Source: Catajapyx aquilonaris (lineage: Eukaryota). From it: 63,186 nt of DNA. Positions 27,046 through 39,700 of the stretch are shown one piece after another. The position numbers and the translations under genes were made by a program. How positions within the stretch are numbered: position 1 is the first letter of the stretch; the number at the start of each line of letters is the position of its first letter. The notes beneath the pieces are model-generated. The model was not told the DNA's origin. It saw nothing but the letters and a program-made list of their open reading frames with translations, and ran no database searches. The DNA is taken from NCBI GenBank assembly GCA_000934665.2, contig KZ538114.1, positions 62,001-125,186 of the forward strand. The letters are read 5' to 3'.

Positions 27046-29800
27046 TCACTTAGCAGCCAGCGAGGTCATGGCAGATAAAAGAGCTGCATTTTCCTGCCTG
27101 AGCCTATCCCTCTCGGTGCCAGAGGAGCCCACCTCTCTCTGCAGCTGGGCCAGCTTTGACTCCAGGGAAGAGATGCGCCTGTCTCTGTCCTCCAGCAGGC
27201 TCAGCAAGCGTCGGTTCTCCTGCCTGGCCCTCTCCAGAAGCTCTTCGCTAGTCTCTCCAGTGGGTGTGCCTGGCCTGCCATTCGTGGTATTATTTGCCAG
27301 GGCAGGGGCCATCCCAGATGAGCAGGAGGAAGAGGAACTGCCAACACCACCCTTCCTTCCTCCACCGCCTCCACCTCCACCATCTCCTCCGCCTTCCCTG
27401 GTGGAGTCAGACTGATTCAGGCTGTCTAGCTCTTGGTTGTCCTCATCATCTGCCTCCAGGTCAGAAGGGCTGAGAGACCCGCATGTGAATAGAGACGGAC
27501 AGCAAGAAGACAAAGGCCCATCACCATGTAATGGAGACACATCCCATGACCAACAGTTCTCTACTGCATTAAGATTAACTGGATGATATTGTACGGCACC
27601 ATGGTTTCTCATTAGAAAAGTCACCTACATCCGGGAAACATGGCACTGGCAAATGCAACACAATTCTCATATTCTCTGAACTAAAAGAGCTCTTAGCCTT
27701 GGGTATGTGTCTCTAGAAAAGGACAACCAAAAACTGATAAGCTCACCTTTTATTGCGCCTTGATGTGAAGCTTCGTACACATGTACGTTCCTAGGGAAAT
27801 AGAAACAGAAATTAGAACTTGCACCACTAACATGTTTACCAAACTGGTAGAGAGAAAAAACTTACACATTGGGGCAAGTTGCTCTCAAGTGGAACAGGAT
27901 CTCTGTGTTCAGTAGGTGCAGTAGCTTCGTTGTGTTGTGTGTTGCGCCTAGTCTCAGCTGTCATGGTATTCTGAGTCACTTCATCTTCATCTTCACCAGT
28001 ACTGCCACCTGTAGACTGCATTGAAATTGTGTGTAAAACATTACCTTTCTACAGACAATTATATTTCATCCCAGTATAGTAGGATTATGTGAGAGGTAAT
28101 ATTGTAATTGGACTAAATCCAACTGTTCAGCGAACTCACACTAAAGAATAGCCTATATATATACTCAGACATCCAGAAAAGTGCTGCCATTAACAAGAGA
28201 AGCCAACTGACCTCAGTAGAAGGCATGTGCACAACACCAGTGCTCCTTCTCTTCTCCCTCAGCTTGCGCCTGTCCCTCTGCTGCTTGCCCTTGTTGAGAT
28301 GATTGGGTCGATTACCCCTCTTGTCCTTTGACCGACCCAGAGGCTTTGGACTTGCATCATGCTCTGGGCCACCACCAGCTCCTCCTCCACCCCCTACTCC
28401 GCCTACAATCCCTCCACTCCCACACATCATCCCAACCCCACTGAGGGGTAGCCCACATTCTGCCAGACGAGCCTCTCCTCTTTCACCCAACCCATACCCA
28501 AACCCATCTTCTGTTTCTCCACCTCCAAGGAGTTCAGATGCACAAGCTGAAAGAAAAAGCAAGCAAATAAATAACTAAATAATTGCAAGAAACCAGTTTT
28601 TCAAAGACACTGCCCTACCACCCTACCAAAAAAATACCCAGATGAGGCCTCAGTAATTTCCCCAATAGGCAGGGTATTACCTCACAGGCGGCAATAATCA
28701 AGCTAAGGGTCTCAAAATACAATCTGCGAGGGGATCCTGCATGGGCCATGAACTTATCGAAAATTACAATCCTTTATTAAAATTACTGTACTGTATATCA
28801 GTTGCATAGTACAAACTTGATCGCTCGATTTCCAGCAATTTTAGAATTGATTCTTACAGCTGATTTTGTGTATTTGCTATAGTGTAAGGGCTTAAGAGCC
28901 TGAACTGCCAGGAAAGTCCAATAATAGTACAAACTTGAATGACAATTCTGTGGGTAAAAACATGGATATGAATCGTGAAGATACCAGAATGCACTGCATG
29001 AGAGCAGCACATTCGTTAGCCCCTGTGCAGCTACTGGTGGATGGATGGTTCAAGTGCTACTTTATGTATTATTAATAAATGCAGGGTGTTCCAAGTTCGT
29101 GGGTTGTTTTTAGCTATCACTGATTTTACCTGAAGTAGTTATTTTTGTGTAATTTGTTGTGCCCCTATCCAGGCGGTCGAATATAGCAGTTTCTATAGAA
29201 GAGCCACCTGGCTAGGGGCGCAACAATCTACTATAATATAACAGCTTCAAGAGAAATTTCCTATAAGGGTTAATATACTTGGAACACCTGGTATACCTTA
29301 TAAAATGATATATGGGATGTATTTGGCCTCTCAAACTTTCAACTGCAGTTTTCTCAAAATCAGGTTTGGGAGGGTTAGGGCAGTATTGCACCGACCCCTT
29401 CAATTATTAATTATCATTATTCAATTCTTTCCAGTACTGTATTAGCAGGTAATTAGCATGGTTAGTGAATGCAAAGCCAAGAATGCCTTATGAATAATCC
29501 ATCTGCCTGCACGTTCATTAAGAAAACAGCGATTTTCATATGCACAAGTTTCACTGCAACGCAATAAGGATGACAGTGTCTCTGTCAACCCAAAAGCGAT
29601 CCTTTCTAGCCGCTGGCTTCTCATGACACCATCCCAGCACCAAACTTCCACCCAAACCCAATGTAAAGAAACGACTAACTGCTCCGGCTAGGTAGCGGTG
29701 GGTTGACAGTCCTGGCCCTGGCCGTCCTGATCCTGGACCTCCTGGAGGACAGCTCGAAGTCGTTATCCACATCCTCCTGGCTAACCGAACTAGACGCCAT
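27046..29800 (-). CDS. PAWR: PRKC apoptosis WT1 regulator (Par-4)-like protein
   Basis: Exons 29800-29680, 28546-28212, 28015-27866, 27790-27747 and 27469-27046: MASSSVSQED..., RKLREKRRSTGVV (SAC/NLS motif), KSPSDLEAD, C-terminal leucine-zipper coiled coil. Confidence 0.85.
29082..29291. mobile_element. Tc1-like MITE in PAWR intron
   Basis: TIRs cagggtgttccaagt / acttggaacacctgg-TA. Confidence 0.6.
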
Positions 29801-30737
29801 GGCTCAAACCCACAACAATCCGCACTGCAAACACAAAACCCTCGATTAGTGACAGAACCCACGGTAAAAGCCTAGTGTGTGTGACACTTACCCTTCTCAG
29901 GAGGAGGTCTAGACTCGCAGATCAATCCACCCTCCCTAGCATCGTTCCCGTTACGTAACAAGCCCGTTCGATCCCGAATATCTCGTACTGTGCACTCAAA
30001 AAGGGCAGTACACACGACAAGGTAAGTGTCACTTGTGTCATACACAGAGGATTACAAGATGCGGCCGGGGCACAAGTCACGTCGCGGATGGCCAAGTAGC
30101 CGCTACTTTCATTTGAATTAGTAACAGCTACTTTCCTACAACTCCAAAGAAATGGCGGGCAAAAACAGCTGCTGTGTAATAGCGCTTTTGTATCTCCCGG
30201 TTACATTGCGCATAGGCAAACTCTCATAAGAAATGCATTGAAGCCAATTTTTGACGTCATGGTGGCCGCCATCTTGGTACTCGGAACACTGCACATCAAT
30301 TATTTAAAAAAACAGTTTATCACTAAACAGAATGTTCTTTATTATAATATTTTGCGCTTTTCTAGCATTAAATTAGCACAGTTTCATAATCACTATGTAC
30401 ATGGGCATGTCAACATTTCCCATTTTTTCTTTTAGTAATGACTAAAGGCAATTTAAGGTCCATACATGCACCGTACAATTTGCAACATACGCATAGAAAA
30501 AATTGCACCAATCACTCTTTGCATACAATGCACTTCACGTTTCAACAAGGAAATAAAACCAGCGTGAATGGTGAAAAAAAAACGCAATTATATGACTTTA
30601 TGTAGCATTTCAACTCTCATTAATGTGGGCACCATTTCAATACTCTTACAGCAACATGGTGGTGGAAAAAGTCAAGGCTGCAAAAATGCAGCCAACTGGG
30701 GATTTAACACTGTACTGATGATCCAAGGGCACACAAC

Positions 30738-33700
30738 TCACATCACTCGGTATTTGTAAAAGTACATGAGGCTCATCCCAACATTCCAACCGACTGCAAG
30801 CGTCACGACGTATGTTATGCAGAGAATTGTGAGTGGGTAGAGAAAAATTCTTGTATTTTGAAGGATCGGCAAACCTGAAAAAGGAAGGCCATTACATGAT
30901 TACACTGCAATTGTATGAGAACCACATTACTTACAGCCCCCTCACTTCCCACACCTAAGTACGGGAAGAGAGGCTAAAATAAATAAATAATAATTTACTT
31001 ACTGCTGTATCCCAGAAATGTTATATAGATGTAATATCCCAGGGCAAGTAGCCAGAGGGAATTGCCAAACAGCCTGGATATAAACCAATCATGGCTGATC
31101 AGAACTGAAATTAAAACTTGATTTAGCCATCAGCGCATATTTTATCTGGCGTGCTACGTACCATGATAGACAACGGTCTGGAAGACGTGAAGTATAAGCA
31201 AGAGCGGAAGAAAGGCATTGAGATGCACGTCGAAGCAGTACCCCCACTCCACATCCTGGTTGGCCGCAGCACATCCCGGTCGCCTCAGAAACCGGTTGCT
31301 CATGAACCACAGCAGCGACGCAACTCCCAGTCCAACACCAACGCAATCTATGGCAACCACCCACACAAGCAGCTTCACCATTCCCCACACACTCAGCTGC
31401 AATATCAACCCCGTCACAAGCGACGACACTGAAATGAAAATAAGACAAGGCATCAATCCACGTCTTTTGCTCTCTATAAATTGGCAAAACCACGTATCGT
31501 TATACAGGGTGACCGTAAAGTCTGGACGTGGTCTGGACAAATATTGCATTGTTGGCTGCCAGGATACCAACTGTCAACCAACAATAAAGTCACTGGTCCA
31601 GACCGCCGCGCTGTGGTCCAGACTTGACCTTGTATTGTCACAATGATCAAACGGTATTGTAAGTGTTAAAATTTTGCCAATTATTTTGTAAAATTGTATG
31701 GTGTTGAGTCCCTCCCTGTGGAACAAACAGTGACGCTAAATTGATTGATTGACAGTTTATTGATGTTTGTCGACGATTGATTGATGATTTATCGACGATT
31801 GATTGACTGGTTGATTTACAATAGATGATTCATTGATTATGCATTTATTTATGGTTGATTGATTTGAGATCATGCAACCTGTGCAAGCAACGTTCAAAAA
31901 AAAAAAGAAACCCCCGCGCCACAAGCCACGCCAACAGTTTGAAATAACGTCCACCAGATGTCCTTCCAATCCTAAAAAAGACACATCGATCCCGCCCAAT
32001 CACGTGACGCCCACCTCTCTAATCCCATTGGTCCAAACCGGACTCGGAGTTCAAACATGGCGTCCTCCACAAACCCAGATTTGCGCAACCGTGTCTTTAA
32101 CATGGCGGAAGGAGGGGGCCTTGTGCTGCCACCGCATCGGCTCATCCCTCCTCCGGGCGCAGCAGTGTCCGCTCCCGGTGCATTCGGCCCCAGTTCATGC
32201 CCTCAGCAGGGACGATGATCCAGGCAGTGTAGCAGATAGATAGAGAGAGCGGTGCAGAGTCAGTGGCATGTGCGAGTCAGCCTGGTCCGGATGGGGGCTC
32301 AGATAGTCTACGTCCACCACGACCCTCCGATCACGCAACGATGTTACCAGCCATCGGAGGTCAGTTGTTCATGCCTTGCATGAGATAATTGGGGCTGAGG
32401 GAGGCGGAGGAGGAATAATAAATGAGAACACAGATGCAGGGCACAGGCACCAGACGTGGCATTGTTTAGATTCAGCGCTGCGGTGGATTCGACAGAGAGA
32501 GCGCAGGTGTCATGCGCTGGGCGTTGAATGGGTGTTGTGGCAAGTGCGGTGTAATTAGCATTGGTTTTGTCGTTCGGATGGGGAGCACAATGTCATCAGT
32601 CGCTTTGTGTGCGCACTTGGATGTAATATGCAAACGGCATTGTTGACTGCGACAACTCTGGTGTGTACGGAAACTGAATTGCAGCCAGCGACCAGGGATT
32701 TATCAGACAATTCATGTAATGGCGTAACTTCCTGCAGCTGCGCACAGAGTTATTGTTCTGTGATATTCTCAAATAGGCAATAAAATTCTTTAAATGTAAT
32801 ATGTGACAGACCGATAAAGAGCGGGGCAATTACATCCCAGCAGAAGGAAGTACTGATAATTGCTGTGATTCCAAGTGTCCAAATAATTTCACATCTGGTA
32901 CTTGGCCTCTGTAATAGCATGTTGAAAAAAGGCTAAAATTACCAACAATTGATAGCGAACGCAATCCAGCCAGTATGTTACCGAGTTCAGTGCTCCTGCA
33001 CTAAGATGTTTCGCAGGTCATCTCCCCTACTAAACCGACCTTTCATATGGTTTTGCTCAGCTGCTCGTATGTATCTCGTTTAAAATTAGTGCTTTAAGGG
33101 ACACAAACTTTTGCATTGCACACAGAGTTGAAAGTCGATTGAATATAGTTGGCTGGCATTGTTAAATTGTGTGATTGATTTTTTTTTAAATGGCAAAGGT
33201 CTGCGCCGCCGCATTCGGTCGGCGGTCCCAAGCCGCATTCTGGCGAGCATGGCCATCTTTGTGGTGGCAATCCACTGTGCCCTGTTCCTGCTGCTGGCCA
33301 GGTGGGGGGCCAGTACTCCACAGTCATTTGACTGGCTGCACACAAGGTTAGCACTAGAATATTGCTATTCTTAGTCATGGCCCTGTTCACATGGTCCTAA
33401 TCTTTGACTCTTGATAATGGAAGATTGTCAAGTCCTTTATAAACGAAACATTTGTGGTTTGAAAGGAAATATGAAGATAAGTCGCTATGTTGTCCAGACT
33501 AGAAAGTTAGCTGCAGTGTCTGTTTCAGCTTATTTTGTTTCATTGCTTTTGAGGAGCTGATAAGTCACATATGGTCAGCATTGTGAGAGCAAATAAATCC
33601 CAGGGGTACTATTGCCACTAGCAAACCTCATGTCAGTTTTACAATGTCACAGTATGCACATTGCGTCAATCAGTACATTGCAAGCTTCCGCTGCAACTTT

Positions 33701-36700
33701 CCCAACCACTAACTGAGACAGATATAGAAATGCTACGAAACTCAATCAGGCAACGTTGTGTTTTATCTGCAGCATTTAAATATGCAAGGTCATCACATGT
33801 CTGTGAACCAGATTGAAATGGACTTGATTCCTTATCAACCGGAACTGACCATTCGATATCTTCTGTAACAGAATGTTCCCATGAAACGGGCTGTGACTAG
33901 GTCATAGACTCCAGTAAATTCCTCATAATTGCTGATTATTGATTAACTTCTATATAAGTCTGATTATATTTACACATATACAGGGACATGCGACGTCTGC
34001 TGAGTCCCGAGGAAGAAAGCAATCTTTTGAGCCCTGGAGAAGACTGTGGGGGCAGCCCAGGTGCAATAGCCTTACTCGTTATGGTGTTTTCCGCACCTGG
34101 AAACCGCGATGCCAGGGATGCAATACGTGAAACATGGGGACAGAAATTGAAGGAGTTGGAGCCCAATTCAAGACTTTTGTTCTTGGTTGGACGGCCATCA
34201 CTGCCACAAATGCAGGTAAGGTTTTCATTCATGGTCACAGCTTGAACTTGTCCCAGAAACAGGTTTTAAGTGCCAGTTGATTCACCTCTACATGCATGCA
34301 CTAGCCCTTATAAGGAACACCTCATCGTGACTCATGCTTTGGAATCCATACAGTGACACATATTTTGGGAGCATCAATAATTACACTGTCAACCGATGAT
34401 TAAATATGCCATGTTCAGCTACAGTCAAGTGATTGATTATTTGCTTCACATCAACCCGTCTTTAAGCTGTTCTGTATTGTATGACAAAAGGCTCATTCAT
34501 TAAACTCTAATTGATTGTGACAGATTTTGTATTGGACATATTCAACTTACCCTAAATTACCTAGGTACATCCGAGCCTGATCTTATTGATAATAAATATC
34601 AGGGAAATTAATTTTTGTAAATCACTATAATGCGCAAATTTTGTGTTTGAAAGGTAGCCCCATCTCCTTATCGTCATCAGTGACCATTACAATCTGTCCA
34701 GGGCAACGCTTTCCCGCAAATTAACATCACTCCATTGTGTCAACAATCTTCAAGGGATGAAGACAATAAAATTAGAAACCTGAATCACCAGGCAGACCAC
34801 ACCCTGACATTGTGGACATTTAATCTAGCTAATGTTTCACCAGTGTGATTAGGTAATGCCAGATGATCCCTTTCAACCAGGATGAAAGGATCAACCTAAT
34901 TCCCTCTCTGGCCAGTCACCTGGGATTAACATGAGTAAAATGGAATTATGAGGGGGGGAATCACTCTGTAAAATATTAAACTAAAGTTTCCCCCCCAGGT
35001 TAATACAAGGCTGCATTCAATTCAGTTCTCACAAAAGGCAGCCTCGAAATAGCCCTGCTGTTTTGTTTGCCTGCTTCCCTTCCAAAATAATAAAAAAGCC
35101 CTTCTGGAAAGTGACACGAGAGATAGAGGCCAGATTAGCTGAATGAGTACAAATATTATGTCACCTGATGGACACAACCTTTAGTTTCACCTGGTTATTA
35201 TTTCTACACAGTTAATTAGTAGGGCTATTGTCATCCATGAGTGATGTCCTTGACACATGCAAGGGGAAGTCACTTTTTTTTCCAATCCACTGCACGTATA
35301 CAGTAAACAATAATATGATCATGTTCTGTGGGGGTATTGCATAACAGTCGTGGTGTGCTCTCTTCAGTACAGATTCTGTTCTAAAGGGATGGAGTGGCAG
35401 AGAAGTTCAAAAGGAGTGGGCCTTAATTAAAGGGGGATGAAAAAAGACAAGAGCTTGGGGGTGGAAGAGCCGGCTTTTTTTGTTCTTTTTCCCAGGGATT
35501 TGGTTCTTTGCCAATTGAGGGTCTAAGCTATCCCTGGATCTTGGGTTTCTCACGTCAAGGTCGGATTTCCTTCTGCACGCCAATATACCCTGAGCTAGCT
35601 CTCTCCCACCCTTCCCGCCATACAACATGAAGGGAGTAATAATTTTTGCGCAAAAAACCATATCTCACAACTTCCCCCCCTCAACTTCCTGCTTTCCCAG
35701 ATTGAAAACTCTGGATTTGCATGTCTTTCCCGTGCCCCAATTTCCTGCAGGCGAACTTGGCACATCCTGCGTCTCAGAAGGGTTGCTTATTCCCATATGA
35801 ACTGGAAACTTGTACAGGAAAATGCTAGACATGCCTTTGGCATATACTTTTGTCAAGCTACCTGCAACATGTCTAACTGTACCCAATGACTAATAACCTC
35901 TCCGACTCCATCATAATAAACTAAATAAAATAATTAACACTGCAAAACTAATTTAAATAATTCAAACACTACTATATCTATGCTTGTCCAACCAATAAAT
36001 TATTGTAATAAATATCTGTTCTAAGCTTCTAACTGGTTGTTTCTTCCTACCTCTGAAACAGAATAAGAGTTCTAAAAATTGATTTCACTAAATTTTACAA
36101 TTTTTTGGGCATATGCAACATGTGTACTTAACTTTCGGTTGGTATTTTGCAAATGGTCTCAATAGATATTGTATTATATACACATGGAAGAACCATGAAT
36201 TTATTTAGTGGTATGCTGCCTTGGTTATATCCTTTCATTGAAGTGCATTGTATAATAAGCCCTCCTTGCACTTCACTAGTATTGAAAATTTACAGTGGCC
36301 TACATGTAGAGAGTGCTGTTTTTCCATCTGCAGCTTGCCTAGTTGGCTATGTGCCATGCATTGAAAGATATGATGTATACTGATGACCTTGTATTGTTGT
36401 TTAGAGTGACTTAGAATCGGAGCTGGAGGAGCAAGAAGATCTTGTCCAGGAGGACTTCATTGATTCTTATGCCAACCTGACCCTGAAGACAGTGTCCATG
36501 CTCAGATGGATCGGCAGGCACTGTCCGCAGGCCTCTTACGTACTCAAGACTGACGATGACATGTTCATACAGCCTCACAACATGCTTGCCCTTCCAGGGA
36601 TTAAACTCAAGGTGGGAAGCATGTTTACATCACTGTTCTACCACATGTCTCATACTTTTCGAACTGGATTATATCAGTAGCATGGTAAATTTTTACATAT

Positions 36701-39700
36701 GTAGTCACAATTTCTTCAGTTAGTTACCAAGCAGAAATATCAAAGATGTTCAGAACCTGCGTCATGTAGTTAATATGTTTCAAGGCAATGCTTTCATTTT
36801 CTCCACAGAAAGAATGGCAGTCACCTGAGGCTGCTGAAGGTCCAGGTCCCCATTCGCGCTACTCTGCCACGTTCCCATTTCCCCCAACCCCTCCTGCTTC
36901 TGGGTCAACTACAGAAGACTACCTCCTGATAGGTTACCGGTATGATGATCTCGGTCCAATCAGGGACACCAATTCCAAATGGTACCTCCCAGTGTGGTTG
37001 TATCCATATAGCCATTTTCCATCCTTCCTGTCTGGTACTGCCTATCTATTTTCTGGCCGCTTGGTACCCAGGCTCTATGCAGCGGCTCTAGATACGCCCT
37101 ATATCAACCTGGAGGATGTCTTCCTGACTGGACTGGTAGCCTCAGACAAGCTCGGTCTCAGGCTCACTTCCCACCCTGGCTTCAGGCGGAATAAACCTAA
37201 GGCAGAGCACGCCTGCCTCTATCGCCAACTGGTCACGGCCCATGAGCTAACCCCAGATCACTTACGCAGCATATGGAGGCAACTGGACCAGCTACCCCCA
37301 CCCCCTGTGAAGGACACCAATGATGACGAGCATGTGCCTGATCCTCATTGTGACACTTGGTGGGTGTGGCTGCTCACCTACCTCTACTCATGGATGATTT
37401 GACAAGACAGTGCAATTTTTGTGCCTGCTGCAAGTCTTCCACACGGCTTTAGTTGTTCCCCGATTTAATGTTAATTTCACACCTCATATGTTGACACATC
37501 ACAGAAACTAAGGGGATTGTATACATATTGTGGCCTGTGTGCATAATGACTGCAAATCTGGGGTTGAGAGCAAGTCAAGGTTGAACCCCGAGTTGAGGTG
37601 GACCCATACAAAAATCAAAAAACAAGGGCAGGGTTACCAGGCTCCAACCTAGTAACTGTATCTTGCTTGCCTTTTCCATTAAGACTTAGGCCCATTCTTG
37701 ACCGCCTCCAGGAGCTTTCTCCAACTCCAGCCTCTTTCGTATGCTCTTAACCCATCTTAACCCCATTTGGTACTCCCTGACCAGGATTGACTCCAGGTCT
37801 AGCTTGACCCTTGATTTTGGGTTGAACTTCTGTTAATTCATATTAACAGGAGGTTAATCCCCTTTCAAGTTGGTGTCAACCCTGACTCTGCTCTCAAAAG
37901 TCCATTATGTATACCGGCGTAAGAGTGGGCTGCCTCTCCGCAGAGGCTGAGAGAGCGAAGCATATAGGAGAGTGTGGATTATTTTTTGGCACATCATTCT
38001 GATGCTGTGAACTTGGTAGGAAATATTTCCATGCATTTTTTACCGTAGAAAGTCTATAATTTATTCGGCAAAAGTGCATTAATATCAAAAAGGTCTAAGG
38101 GGCTAACTAGTAAAGTTGGTTATGCTTTTCCTTTATAAACTTTGGGCTCTATTCACATGGCCATTTGACAGCTAGCATAGATATTATTTTATTTGGTTGT
38201 GGTCACATTAATATTGTTCAGATACTTTGCCATGCAATGAAGTTTGAGTGAGGTGCATCTTGCTATCACTGAATGATTGCCTTTACCATATCTATCTGTG
38301 TGAAGTTAAACCAGTTGCCACAATACTACATCTCACATGTGAGATGGCTATTTTCACCTGAATTTTGTTCACAATCTGATTCACATATGGCGTCACACCC
38401 AAACTCCCCCATCCCCCATGCCCCCAACTTACAACAGGTACTCTGTGACATTACAGTGCCAACAAAGTGACACTACAAGTGAAATATGCCAAGACATGTC
38501 TTCCCCTTTCTTTTTACAATTTCCCTTGGATAGTACGTTTTCTAGGTTGACATTAAATGGGCAATTGTTGCAAGATTGCCTATGAATTGCAGCTAAAAGG
38601 TTACCTATCAGGGTTTTATATATTTCTCTTTGTCTCTCCTTTCATTGCCTTTCTCTCTGTGTACTCCCATACAGTTTAATGGTGGCTATTTTTTGTACCA
38701 AAAGGTGACTCCAGAAATGACCAGTATTCAAGTGATAACTACTTTCTCATTCTCTGCCTTCTACTGTAATGTTGTTAAAGTGGTTCCTAGTTGTTGCCTA
38801 AGTGACTATCCAAGGCTACTGCATTCACAATTTTTTAAATGTTTGGGTTTTGCATTAATAAATATCATTTGGTTGAAATAAGTCCATGTTTGTCACCTTG
38901 TCTGATGTTATAGGTAAAATCCACAATAGGATTTAAATATACTTTCAAATTAAATGTTCTCATCCTGCTGATGAGGCTGAATACAGCAAAATAACACAAG
39001 CTTCACTTCTAGGTCAGCTTATTAGATCAATGATTCATTAATATCGTCACGAAAGAGATGTGCACAATACAGTATATTAATAAGTAATGTACAGCAAAAT
39101 GATCAATAACTGCATTCCACAAGAATACCTGGCTGCCATCTATTAGCATGTTATCAAGTCACTAGCATAACAACAATGCAGCATTTTCCTTGGTGCGTAA
39201 TGTGTGGGTAGTGCAGGCTCCACATCACACTACATTCTAACAGCGAAATATTGTACTTCACAAACAAAAGTTGGCAAATGTCTTCATCAGTATTTTCAGT
39301 ATAATTATATCCCTGCCTATGAAGCATTCATCCCAACAGAAGAGCAGAATATGTGAAGACCTTGGGGGAAGAACGATCAAGGTCCATCTCAGGTGAAACT
39401 GAGATAACCAATTTTAAATTTCCACGGCCCAGAAGGTTCCATTGTAAATCCCCACTTTCTGGGCCTTCCAGAGTGACCTATGATCATTACTCGACAACCA
39501 CAACCCAACCCTCATATTCTACACTAGTGAAAGTATCTTCTGAGATGTGCAACTCATTTTTGACAGAAAGTGGAACTTGATCGTTCTTCCCCCGAGGTCT
39601 TCATGTACAGTATGACTTTGGAATGGAATGTACTTGGGTGACTGGAGGAAGCAGTAAGTGTTTGGTATCCTATGCTATTGAATGAATTGAGATGCAAAGG

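Noticed and set aside
27029..28578. Plus-strand Pro-rich ORFs (also 49306-49854, 55892-56449, 11106-11636)
   Set aside because: Antisense shadows of real exons
35407..35886. Two minus-strand ORFs in the GT31/UNC50 intron
   Set aside because: No recognisable motif; probably decayed repeat
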